Made by a program: the position numbers and the translations under genes. From Octopus sinensis (taxonomy: Eukaryota), in contig NC_043003.1 in the NCBI RefSeq assembly GCF_006345805.1, positions 69,998,001 to 70,062,000 on the forward strand: a stretch of DNA of 64,000 nucleotides. The letters run 5' to 3'. Position 1 is the stretch's first letter. Each line of letters begins with the position of its first letter. The notes under the pieces were generated by a model. That model saw only the letters and a program-made list of their open reading frames with translations, was not told the origin of the DNA and ran no database searches. Shown in pieces: positions 23,948 through 35,932 of the stretch.

Positions 23948-26221
23948 TGTGGACTTGATTCTAAACACTTGATGACTTTGGACTTTTGGCTTTTCTTAAT
24001 GCTAAAAATTATGTTTTTCAGTTTAGATTTAATTATGTCTATAATTTTAAAATATAGCTCTAAGCTAAATACCAGAATAATTTTTAAATCATCTATCATT
24101 AAAAAAAAATGTAATAAAAAAAAAATCAAAGAATTTATTTTTTAACCAAAGAGAAAAATAAAATTTTAATATGATAAATAAAAATAAGACAATATTTATG
24201 TAAAAAATAAATTAGTGATTTGAAATAAGTAAGCAAATAATTAGAATATTTCAAATTATTTTGAGCTTTGTAATTTTGCTTAAAGAGAATTTAAGTATAA
24301 TAGTTGTGTGATTTCTTGCAGCTCTGTGTTCTGAGTTCAAATTCTGCTGAGATTGATTTTGCTTTTCATCATTTCATGATCAATAAAAATAAACACTAGT
24401 TGAGCACTGGGGTTGATGTTTGCCAAAATTTGAAAGAATTCTTTGCTCACTCTTGTGAATTGCCTTGTAACTCTGTGAATTACTCAATGCATTCTTAAGT
24501 GTGTACATACCTTTCTTTGAGAGCTTCTAATATTATTCAACTAAATATGTGTATGTGTAGAATCAGCTTCCTGCTTCAAAAACTTAAGGACAGTAATGTG
24601 TAAAATGTAAAGAAAACCATCTCTTTTCAAATCTTACAAAGGCAAAGTGTGCTACATTGTTTGTATTTATCATTTTATATGTGAAGTATGAATGTTGTAG
24701 CTTCAGTAGTTTTGACAAGAAAAATATAGAGTTACTCTAAAATTTTTACACCTCACTAGACATAAAATTTGAATAACATAGTTTTGCTCCCATATCAATG
24801 AATTAAAAAAATCAAGAAAAAAAAACATTTTCAGACAAAATGATAAAAACTAGAAATATTTGAAAAATGTAGTCTAAAATCTCATTTATGCAACAAAATA
24901 AGAAAAATATACAAAAACTGTCAGCAGAAAGTGTCAAGCAATAAAAGCATCTCTTTATTTTGTTTCTTGGGAAAGTCATTATGCCAATAATAAACACACG
25001 CATGCTCTGGTTCTGTTTCACTTCTTTTATTATTATTAGTCAATTCATTAACTTTGAACCAACTAACTAATCAATTACATAATTAATCATTTAGTCAGTC
25101 AATCAGTTATGATTGTCAAAGTCCTTTCATTGCTATTCATGCCTTTTCTACTCCCAGGTCTAAGATGTCTTTCATCACATGCATTACCCTTGAAATCTTA
25201 AATTTTAGCCTATTTGGGTTACCACACCCTTCTTTTCCAATCCCTGCTCTAAACCTTCAGAGATGGAATTGAACACTGCAAAATATTTTGTCGTATGCTT
25301 TATTGATTACTATGGGGTTAATTCCATCCACATTTTACCTTTTGACACATGAATAAGGATTTCTTTTGGTGAGATTTTTGTGATGAAAAAGTCTTTTGAA
25401 TTTTTGCTAAATTATTTTTTACCACTGTCATATCTTTTGGTTCCTCTTGGCTTCTGTGTTTGTCTGCATATCTACTAGCTCTCCCTCTTTCTTTATCTCT
25501 GTCCCCTTCCCCTCTGTCTCTGCCCTCTCCTCCCTAGTTAATTCTCCATATTATAAATGTTACATTGATTCAAAAACAAGTTTTAAAAATAACAATAGAA
25601 CACTTACTGACTAAAAGCAAAGTCAATTTAATTATAAAATTAATTTTGACTGAGACTTCAAGTTTCATATGGTGACTTCATAAACTGTCAGATGAAACTT
25701 GAAGTCCCACTCAAAACAAATTTGATGATTTCCTCTACATTCCCAGTCTGCTGCTAATTTTTCTTTCACCAAGATTCTCTCTTTCAATTTCCCATTGTCA
25801 CACAAACGTTTTAAATCAATTATACCATGCAAATCTAATTTCCATTGTCATGTGTGTCTTTTTCCGTTTTTTGCCTTTTATTAATCTACTCACAAAAATA
25901 CCTTTGTTGACATGGCAGTCATAAATTATACAATGAAAAGTATTTATTTCAATTTTAAATACTGTCCCCTTATTAACTTTTCATGAGTTTGTCTTATTGT
26001 ATAATTATCCTTTTCTTATTTGCTCATCCATACTGTTTATTTTTTCTTGTCATTGTTATTAAACTGTATCATAAAAATTAAAACTTTATACATGAATGGA
26101 CTGTTAGATTATTTTAAGATTTCAAAGCCAGTTAATAATTGCTAATTTTTATTTTAATATTATCAGTGATTTTGACAGAAGCTCTTATGATATCTTTCTT
26201 TCTGCTCTTTATTAATTTTAG

Positions 26222-26364
26222 GTGACAAAACCTTGGATGGCTATCAAAAGAAGAAATATGTCTGCAAACTGCTGTTTATCTTCTTACTGGGTCACGACAT
26301 TGACTTTGGCCACATGGAAGCTGTCAACTTGCTCAGTTCCAATAAATATACAGAGAAACAGATC
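26222..26364 (+). CDS. AP2A: AP2A exon 3 (143 nt)
   Basis: tttag|...CAG ATC|gtaagt; [48 protein letters not shown], including the basic PtdIns(4,5)P2-binding Y-x-KKK motif. Confidence 0.98.
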
Positions 26365-27490
26365 GTAAGTATTTCTAAACCCCAGCACATTTCTTTGCAA
26401 AGTTCAAAACCATCATTATCATGATCAGTTTAACATCCCTTTTTCTGTGCTTGTATGGTGAAATGAAATTGTTGAAAGAAATTTTCTACAGCTGGATGCT
26501 CTTCATGTCACCAACATTTACCTACTTCTAAGCAAGATAATCTTTCTCCTAATCTTTCGAAGAATGGACAGCACAGTGGCCAGACATATTGTCATAGAAG
26601 ATTGCAAATTAACATCGCCACTTAGATGATGGTGATGTTTGTTTACAATCAGTGTGTGATGTCAAGACAAGGAAACCAAAACACACACACACTAGCACAA
26701 CTACTGTCTTTTGGCTTCCATCTCCTAAATCTTTTCACGAAACTTTGGTTGGTACCAAGGCCTGTAGAAGATTCAAAATGCAATGCAGTAGAACTGTATC
26801 TGAAGCCATATGGCTGCAAAGCAAATGTCCTAACCAAATAGCCATTTTAGCACCTATACTATATAGGCCTATACTATAGGCGGTAGATACACTCTGTATG
26901 GTGTCTATACTATATGTAGATAAACTACTGGCGAATCTATCCGACTGGTACTATTTAGTTTGTCATGCCTTATGCTGCTGCTGCTGCTGGCTGAAAGACA
27001 TCTCAAACTGCTTCTTTTATCAAACTCTTTGATATCAAAGACAATATTAATTATAATGAATGACAACATGTTGTTTTTAACACTTTGTGGACTGAATAAG
27101 TTCAATAATGGATTAATTTCCTGCAGAACCGCTAAATGGTGAGGAGAGGAAAATCAATGGAATATGATCAGTTCATGTAATGTATATGATGATGATGATG
27201 ATTATCATCATCATCATCATCAACATCCACTTTTCCATAGTTGCATTTGTCAGACAGAATTTGTTGAGGCAGATTTTCTAGAACCAAATGCCCTTCCTGT
27301 CACCAACCCTCACCTGTTTCTAAGTAAGGTAAATATCTTTCCATAGCCGGAAATGTTTTTATGGAAGATTGGAAACCCAGGACACCAATTGTCTCAGAGA
27401 GTGACACTTGTTTACAACTATTATGCAATGCCTAGACAAGGAGATACCAACACACACATACATGTATAAGTTAATGTTTGTTTTTATGTT

Positions 27491-28642
27491 CACTCAGTTA
27501 TAATAAAAACAATTTTTGGCTTTATACAGTTTCTGTTAAGTTAAAAATCTTCCTTGTATATATGGGTTTTAGTGGAGTTGTAATTAGGTTTTAGAATGGA
27601 TTGTTATGGAGAGGTGTTTTGGAGAAATTTTTATTGATTAATTTTGAGGTTATGTTATTGTTTAGAATTTATTTATGCATGTAGAACTTTGTAAGAGGGG
27701 TGTGAATATCTACTTAGGTGTGTCCCTTTTGGTAGGTAGGTGTAGGATATGCCAGAAGTTTTTGTCTTTGGTTTTATTGACTTCAATCTTTTGCTTTGGT
27801 CAAAGGTTCAAAGTTTAGTCCAGTATTTAAAAACTTAGTAATTTGGTATGTCAACTTTTTCATAATAGAATTTGTTATGGTTTCACAAAGGAGTGTGAGT
27901 AGGTGATATGTTATAGCTAACCGATTTCTTTCCTTGTTATTATTACTTAAGGTGAGGGTTATTAGCGGAGCATGTCATCATGTTGTTAGTTTTAAAATTG
28001 GTCTATTCTGTGCTTTGATGTTCACAAGAAGATAAAGAAATGTGCAGACCAGCAACTGCTACACCTACCCACATTCATCATCAAAAAGTTGACACACCCA
28101 ATAACTAAGTTTTTAGATACTGTATTAAACTTTGAACCTTTGACCTTTATATTCATTTCTTTATTGCCCACAGGGGCTAAACATAGAGGAGACAAACAAA
28201 GACAGACAAATGGATTAAGTTGATCGACCCCGAAAGGATGAAAGGCAAAGTAAACCTTGGTGGAATTTGAACTCAGACTGTAACAGCAGATGAAATACTG
28301 CTAACGATTCTGCCAGCTCGCTGTCCTCTTTGACCTTTATATTATCAAAGCAAAAGGTTGAATCCAATAAAACTAAAAATAACTAAAAAAAGCTCCTGAC
28401 ATGTCCTATGCCTACCTACCAAAAGGGACACACCTAAGTAGATATTCACACCTGCTTACAAAGTTCTACATACATAAATAAATTCTAAACAATAATATAA
28501 CCACAAACTTAATCAATAAAAATTTCTCTAAAACACCTCTCTATAACAATCCACCCTAACACCTAATTACAACTCTACTGAAACCCACATACCTAAGGAA
28601 GATTTGAATTCAACAGAGACCATATAAAGATCAACTTCAGTG
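27491..28642. mobile_element. 1.1-kb foldback element: ~350-bp inverted arms around a ~215-bp spacer
   Basis: 27520-27862 is the reverse complement (roughly 85% by eye) of 28081-28629 once the inserted SINE is removed. Confidence 0.85.
28154..28327 (-). mobile_element. Family B SINE inserted into the right foldback arm
   Basis: Perfect 16-bp TSD ctttgacctttatatt at 28138-28153 and 28328-28343. Confidence 0.9.
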
Positions 28643-28646
28643 TATC

Positions 28647-28691
28647 ACAGTCCGATGATGGCTTAACTGGCCAAAACTTTGAAGTCACTGT
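28647..28691 (+). ncRNA. Degenerate minimal type I hammerhead ribozyme, second family
   Basis: ACAGT-CCGATGA-T-GGCT-taact-GGCC-AAAAC-T-ttga-A-GTC-ACTGT; three stems and the GUC site present; core U4>C and G12>A. Confidence 0.6.
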
Positions 28692-29154
28692 CAATAATAT
28701 TCTTGTTTAATAATATATATATATGTGTGTACAGCCATGCCTGTGCTTGTACGTTTATTTAAAAATAGAAGCCGTAATGATTATATTGCCCCATTTCTAT
28801 TTTTAAAAATTAATTTTTTTCATTACACATCTAATTCTTTTGTCCTTTTGTCCTTAACAAAAATGACTGAAAAGTCAAGCTTTCGATTTCAAGTCCATCT
28901 GCAAATTTGTTTGATGATCATGCACAGAGTTGGATAACAACATCTCGTTGCTCTACAGTTTTAAAAACTGGTTGTTTTCATTCGTTCTGAGGAGCCACAT
29001 ACCTTTATAGGTTTTGTTGTGTATCAAAAGATTCATCTGTTTGCTTTTGCACTTGACACAATTGCTTTCACTTCAGTAGCCATTTCTACAAATATAACTT
29101 ATTTTAAAGAATATTCCGATGGCAAACACATACTTTGTGTTTCTGTGAAAAATT

Positions 29155-29520
29155 GAGTGGCTGTGTGGCAAGTAGCTTGCTTACCAACCACATAGTTCTG
29201 GGTTCAGTTCCACTGCGTGGCACCTTGGGCAAGTGTCTTCTACTATAGCCTTGAGCCGACCAAAGCCTTGTGAGTGGATTTGTTAGAGGGAAACTGAAAG
29301 AAGCCCGTCGTATATATATGTGTATATATATATATATATATATGAGTGTGTGCGTTTGTGGGTCTCTGTTTGTCCCCACCAACATCGCTTGACATGCGAT
29401 GCTGGTGTGTTTACGTCCCCATAACTTAGCAGTTTGGCAAAAGAGTCTGATAGAATAAGTACTAGGCTTACAAAGAATAAGTCCTGGGGTCAAATGACTG
29501 AAACAAGTAAAAGAGTATTC
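29155..29520 (+). mobile_element. SINE family A1; similar copies ~43339-43680, 43700-44092, 48700-49078, 51655-52025, 53975-54357 (+) and ~4580-4810, 7660-8000, 14150-14535 (-)
   Basis: Head as in A2, then (TA/TG)n and tail cttgacaaccgatgttggtgtg...gatagaataagtactaggc...gactgaaacaagtaaaaga. Confidence 0.85.
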
Positions 29521-30189
29521 TGCTGCCAAATTGTGTTGTAAAAAATATTCTGAGTAATAAACATTAGCTGCATTGCTTACAGTTATTGAGGTCAAACTCT
29601 GTTGTTTGGGTTCTGTACACAGATCCATTCACTGACCTTATTATTTGTGCTGAAACTAATTGCCACTCCCTTAGCACACTTGATTTGTTTGAAGAAAGGA
29701 CAAACTTGCATAAAATCTCTGTTAATCATTTGTGTAAATAATAAAAGGAAAAAAAAAACTCAACTAATATAAGATTTTTTAAAGACAGTATTGTGTGATT
29801 TGAAGAAAATTTAATTGCTATTTTTAGCAGGTTGAGGGATGTTGGTTGTTTAGGAAATTAGCATCATCCACTGTTTGTTTTTAAATTTTATACATAACAT
29901 AGCAACAAACTGTGTCTAATAAATCTCTATCTGAATTCAAATTTTAAAAAAGCAGGAGCAATGTTGACCTTATTGAAAATATATCATTGGATTAAGTCAT
30001 CCAAAATCCATTTAGGGCTGTTTTATTTTCCTTGTTATTTTTAAGCAATGCAAGAAATGGGAGTTAAATCCCAAACCACGAAAAAGCTATTCTTATTTTG
30101 GCATGTTGAATGTAGGTGGGCAGGACAATTCGAGAGAATTCAAAAATGATTAGTATATAACATATAGTGTGTGTGTGTGTGTGTGTGTA

Positions 30190-30715
30190 TCCTAGAAAGG
30201 TGCCTAGCCCATTGCATCTGATTACTTATGAAGAGCAGTTCAGTACTTGGTGTGTTGGCCTGCTAAGAACAGTAATGCCTGGTGTTAGAGACTACTGCTT
30301 AATGTTTAAGATCCTGCTGCAGGATGTGGGGTGACAAGTTATCTAAGTAGTTGTTTTACGGGGAATTGCAACATGGTGTATGCCTGAGACATAAACCCAA
30401 GAAATGTTTTTGGGATGTTGTCAAGGCAACCTTAAAGCTTTTAGTGGGAATGTTGAAGACTGGGAGCAGATGACTGATTGGTTTTGAAAGATGCAATTTA
30501 TGATGGTCGTTAAGCATTTGAAGCACAGAGAATTAAATTCTCCTGCCAGAAAGGAACTTCGTTAACAAGACCTGACTTCATTCTCAGACACTTTTCTGCC
30601 TGAAACTGTTTGTGACATCTGCAGCAATGTCAGTTTGTCCAAAGCCAGACTTGGTAGTCAGATGAGACTTCAAGATGGCATTCACTAATTTATGAGATGA
30701 CCTTCTGTAAAGAAG
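30190..30715 (+). mobile_element. RTE LINE ORF2 3' fragment, decayed
   Basis: K*LFYGELQHGVCLRHKPKKCFWDVVKATLK...DWEQM...DICSNVSLSKARLGSQMR fits the RTE KQLLYGEL...PKKRYKD...WE...CxxC..S..GL.SH.R ending. Confidence 0.7.
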
Positions 30716-30721
30716 TGGCAA

Positions 30722-30752
<31 letters not shown>

Positions 30753-31682
30753 CACACACATACATGCACATGTGTAAGTGTGTATGTGTCTGTTTTGACA
30801 TTGAATGATAGTTATAAATGAGTGTCACTGTTACATAAGCTGATTCATTTCCAATTTTCTGCAAAAACATGTCTGGCCATGGGCAACAGAGAAGGGCATC
30901 CATCTGTAGAAAATCTGCCTCACTCATACAAGGATGGAAACGTGGACATTAAAATGATGAAATGATAATGACTATGGTGATGATGATAACTATGATCTAG
31001 AGTCATTAGCCAAGTACACCCCATACATCAGATAAGTTTTAGGGCTACTAATGGTTCATACAATCTATATTGGAGCTTAATGGTTCTACTACAGAAAACA
31101 ATTAATAATTCTGAGGATCTATTAGCTGGCTATAAAAAATATTTTTGTCACAATTTACATTTTTATCCTATTTGCTTTAAATTAATTAGCAGTTGATTAT
31201 TTATCTTTTTTTTTTTTTTGAAATCTACTTTCTATTATAAAATATAATTTGTGTTCTTTGTCATGTATAATTTTTTTTCTCTCAGTGCTTACCCATTTAT
31301 TGCCTCATGTAAGGTGAAATTATTGTTCTAAACTAGGATACTACTATTCCTTGATAGCTGAGATGAATTTAAAATCAGCTCAAGAGTTTAATGCAGCTGA
31401 TAGGTGGTATTGATTGTTTTGGTGTAATGAACAGATAAACCAGACAATTAATTTCTAACAATACAGCTCCGTCAAGTAGAACTCTAATTAGGATAGGGTA
31501 TTGATTCTTATTTAAACTGTTGCAAAGGAAGCCAATGGTTTTGTGGTAAAGGTTTTCATGAGATGAAATACAATTTTTATTAGCATATTATTTACTGTAA
31601 AGTTGACTTAAATGTAAGTTAAGTTTACTTCTTCTTGACATATTTACTTAGTTGATTTACTTAGGAGCAATGAGATTTTTTT

Positions 31683-31970
31683 TACATTATTTACATATGA
31701 CGGATATTTGTTGTCATCTTGTTTGTTGTTAACACAATGTTTCAACTTCATTCCTAAGGTATTTTTCGATGTTATTATTATTATTATTAATCTGGCCACT
31801 GCCTGGAATTGAACTCAGAAATTTGGGGTTAGTAGCCCACGATCTTAACCCTTATGCCATATGCCCATGGCCATGTCAGCCGAAACGTTGTGTTAAAAAC
31901 AAACAAGATGAGGACAAATATCCGTCAAATGTAAATAATGTAAAAAATTCCTCATCTCTTAAATATAGAA
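31683..31970. mobile_element. tRNA-head/hammerhead element, copy 2: head-to-head dimer with deletions
   Basis: Minus copy with full head (+1 at 31866) lacking the ribozyme 5' half; plus arm starts cagccgaaacgttgtgtt; arms 31683-31743 and 31882-31942 are complementary. Confidence 0.75.
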
Positions 31971-32052
31971 GTGTAAGGATGATGTGTCTTTCATTATGTT
32001 GCATTTCCTTCTTCAGTAAATCCAGCTGAAGATGACTTAATAGTTTCTTTCT

Positions 32053-32267
32053 TAAGTCGGCGAGCTGGCAGAAATGTTAGCATGCTGGGGGAATGCTTAG
32101 CAGTATTTCGTCTGCCGCTACATTCTGAGTTCAAATTCTGCCAAGGTCAACTTTGCTTTTCATCCTTTCAGGGTCGATAAATTAAGTACCAGTTGTGTAC
32201 TGGGGGTCAATCTAATCGACTGGCCCCCTCCCCCCAAATTTCAGGCCTTGTACCTAGAGTAGAAAAG
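32053..32267 (+). mobile_element. Young family B SINE; other B copies ~10905-11030, 33070-33290, 36695-36880, 42830-43060, 48355-48550, 60730-61085 (+) and ~17320-17530, 61575-61790 (-)
   Basis: tggcagaaatgttagc...gagttcaaattc (A/B-box-like); 14-bp TSD aatagtttctttct at 32039-32052 and 32268-32281. Confidence 0.9.
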
Positions 32268-32281
32268 AATAGTTTCTTTCT

Positions 32282-32487
32282 AATTTTGACACTAGGCCAG
32301 CAATTTTAGGAGTGGAGGCAAGTCAATTACATTGACCCTAGTACTCAACTGGTATTTATTGTATTGACCCTGAAAGGATGAAAGGCAAAGTCGACCCCTG
32401 CAGTATTTGAACTCGGAACTAAAAAATGGAATAAATGCCACTAAGCATTTTCTCTGGTATGGTAATAATTCTGCCAGCTCACTGCCT
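32282..32487 (-). mobile_element. Older family B SINE, tail-to-tail with 32053-32267
   Basis: Reverse complement of the B consensus, e.g. gaccctgaaaggatgaaaggcaaagtcgac...ttctgccagctcactgcc. Confidence 0.85.
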
Positions 32488-33309
32488 TACACTTTGTTAA
32501 AATTAAGGACAAACCATAATTGTAAATCAACTGCTTTAATAATCTCTGCAACTGAACCAACCTGTCTACATAATTGCTAAAAATGTGTACCACACCTAAA
32601 GAAAATGCAACACATTGCATAGAGTTGGTGGTTACTCCAATATCCATCAGGTGGATGACAGGCAAATCTCACTTTGGTTGGAAGATTGACTTCAGCTTTC
32701 TAAAGTGTTTGGTACCTAGTGTCCAACATGAGAAACTTAAGCTAACTGAATACAGAGAGCAGTCAGATAACCAGGTATTTTGAGTGTCACATGAAATGGC
32801 AATATATTGTTATTTCACCATGGCAATCATCATACTAAATTCACATTCAAAACATAGAGACTGGATTTGAAAGCAGCTACTTGGGTGTTTTACGCTGATT
32901 TTGTATTTGTGTGATTTAGGTGAGAAAGCTCATGGCATAGTGTTGTAGTTCTATAGTAATATTTTTCGTGGGTTGGGATCAGATATTCTGCTTCAAGTGT
33001 TCCTCTTTTTGTTAAGAACAACTGACTGCTATGAATGTTTCCCTCCTAAGGTCATTATTGACTGAGATTAAGGCAGCAAGCTGCTACAAATGTTGGTGTA
33101 TTGGACAAAATTCTTAGCAGCATTTCTTCTGGCTCTGTACATTCCAAGTTCAAAAAGTTCCAGAGTCATCTTTGCCTGTTGTCCTTTCGGGGTTGATGAA
33201 ATGAGTACCAGTTGAACACTGGAATCGATGTCATTGGGTTACCTACTTCCCCCTAAAATTGTTGGCCTTTTGCCAAGGTAAAGTATTATTGAAAGAATAT
33301 GTATTCACA

Positions 33310-33770
33310 GCTGTAACCTACAACAGTGTCGCATAACCCGCCCACTCAAAAGTACCTTGGACCGTAGGACGACATGCCCTGCTTGAGGAGATCTATTGAG
33401 TCAAGTACATCAAAATCAAATCAAATCAAATGGAAATTGTAGTTGTGATCCCAGTGTCGGTGGCATGTAAAAAGCATCATCTGAATGTGGCTGATGCCAA
33501 TGCCGCCTCAACTGGCTTCTGTGCCAGTGGCACATAAAAAGCACCATCTGATCATGATCGATGCCAGACCCCTCTGGCCCCTGTGCTGGTGGCATATAAA
33601 AAGCACCCACTACACTCTTGGAGTGGTTGGCGTTAGGAAGGGCATCCAGCTGTAGAAACACCGCCAGATCAGACTGGAGCCTGGTGCAGCTTCCTGGCTT
33701 CCCAGACCCCAGTCGAACCATCCAACCCATGCCAGCCTGGAAAGCGGATGTTAAACAATGATGATGATGA
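33310..33770 (+). mobile_element. Family C retroposon (internal ~50-bp gtgccggtggcacgtaaaaagcacc repeats, (GAT)n tail); copies ~40985-41250, 57060-57345, 59660-60112 (+) and ~2503-2730, 17545-17915, 40217-40790, 50725-50960 (-)
   Basis: Shared tail gagtggttggcgttaggaagggcatccagctgtagaaac...ccaacccatgccagcatggaaa...taaacgatgatg; the 59660-60112 copy retains many CpGs, so it is probably young. Confidence 0.85.
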
Positions 33771-34495
33771 TCTAGTGTTGGGTGAGTGTGTGTGGCATAT
33801 GAAAGAGGGTGAAGATTTGCGATTATGATTTTTCTGTTTGGAAATGGATTACTTGAAGGAAATGGGAATTGAATTTATTGCTGTCTGTCATAAATTGACC
33901 AATCGTAAACATTCTTCTCACAAAGACAATAATTCAAGTTTTAAGCTTAGAAAATACTTTCTTGTTCAGCTGTCTAGACTTGTGTATACATTATATTATA
34001 ATGGGCTGTCATTTGAAAGTAGTGAGTTGCCTTAGTACTGCTACTATTATGATCATTAAAAGTGTTGATCACAGTATCAGCTGTTTAATAAATATGGTTT
34101 CAGTCAGATTTGAAGAATTTTATTTCAGTTAATTACTTCCCAAAATATTGTCTGCTTACATTTTCAAAATAGTCACAAGGTCATTCAGATTGGTTACTAA
34201 ACACTATGGAAGAAATTCTGCTGCTGTCACTTCTTGTAAATAGCTTTCACCTTATTTACTGATGCAGGCAGGTATGTGTCTAACAGAAGGAAACCCATCA
34301 ATATTGTTACACACTCAGCTACACCACAGCCGGAATAAAGTAAAGTCTTACTGCTAGAAATCAATATTTTTCTCCCTCCATTCTATCAGAATGTATCAGT
34401 TTTATTAGAGTAAGATGTAAATGCATTATCTGCTAATTTGTTTATTAGTGACATTGTGGAGCTCAATTTACGCGTTGTTGATCCAATACGGAACT

Positions 34496-34546
34496 CTCTC
34501 TCTCTCTCTCTCTCTTTCTATCTATCTCTGTCTCTCTCTCTCTCTC
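34496..34546. repeat. (CT)n microsatellite
   Basis: Direct reading. Confidence 0.9.
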
Positions 34547-35376
34547 ACTGCTTGTCTTACTTCATCTGTGTAGTCATATGTTATAAATCTTTCCTACAAC
34601 TATAATTATCATTGATAAATTCTTTCTGACCCCATGTTTTCATCAGGATCATAATCACAGTATTTTAAAGACTGCGTCTACCACTCAATGATTTTTTTTC
34701 TTTTTTCTTTGCCCCCGACTCGTTCTCTCTTTTGCATCATTTGATGCTGTGAATTTGTAGCTGTAAAGAAGCCCGTACATTATTGTATTCTGACACTGGA
34801 TATCTAAAACTAGAATCATTGATTAACTCAATCAATCAATATTTATTTATCTCACAAAAATGAAATAAATAAGCCAACTGCTTGACTTTTTCTAATTTGA
34901 CCTTGATGGAGCAGAAAGGCATTCCTTTCCTGAAAGGCATTTCTAACACTAAAGAAATGAAATTATTCCAACAAGGCTTGTATGGTGGCTGTGTGGTTAA
35001 GGAGCTTGCTGTGCAGCCACGTGGTTTCAGGTTCAGTCTCTGTTGTGGACACTTTGAGCAAGTGTCTTCTATTGTAGCTCTTGGCCAGTCAGTGCTTTGT
35101 GAGTGAATTTGGTAGACAGGAACTGTGGAAGGTTGTTGTTGTTGTGTGTGTGTCTGTCTGTCTGTCTGTCTATGTTTGTCCCTCTTCCCTCACCCAACTG
35201 CTTGAAAACTTGTGTTGGTGATAGAATCAATACGAAACTTAGAAAATACTTCCAGGGTTGATCTATGTGACTAAAACCTGTGAAGGCGGCGCCCTAGCAT
35301 GACCGCAGTCCATGATTGAAACAAGTAAATGGTAATAGGAAAGGAATTGAAACCAACTTATGATAGAAAATATTAA

Positions 35377-35594
35377 CCATTAAGTCCCAGATTACTTACA
35401 TTTCTGAATATTACTTTTAAATTTTTACAGATGATTAAAAATAGGTTAAAATGAAAAAAAATAATTAAAACTCCTTTGCTTCAAGTAGAAATGGAAATAC
35501 TCGGTGTCCTATAAATCGAACACTGGGACAATGAGATATAGCTTATTTAATGTTTTCATTTAGTGTCCTATTTAGGACAGTGGGCCTAAATGGG
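35377..35594. mobile_element. TTAA-flanked piggyBac-type MITE (218 bp)
   Basis: ttaa|ccattaagtcccag ... gtgggcctaaatggg|ttaa. Confidence 0.6.
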
Positions 35595-35772
35595 TTAATA
35601 TCAATACAACTACCTTCCAATGAGTGGTTTTAATTCAGAAGCTGTCCCAAGGTGGGTTATTGTGTACAACACTGAGTAACTTTTAAGTTATCTCTACAGA
35701 TATTCTACAGAGTTTAGAACCAGTACTGAAAGTTACACTGTTTTCTATATGAATACATCTATGTATACAGTG

Positions 35773-35899
35773 GGATCAGTTGTTGACTGCCATGACACTG
35801 CATCCTTTAAGGCCCTCATGCTTCCCGAAATCCGTCGAAACTACACCTGATTATATATACACTTTAGATGAGTTGTAGTGCACCTGAGCACTGTACACA

Positions 35900-35930
<31 letters not shown>
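35773..35930 (+). mobile_element. 5'-truncated CR1/L2-type LINE 3' end with (TTA)n tail
   Basis: SVVDCHDTASFKALMLPEIRRNYT* resembles the WNxLPxxVVxAxSxxxFK terminus; followed by a short UTR and (TTA)10. Confidence 0.6.
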
Positions 35931-35932
<2 letters not shown>

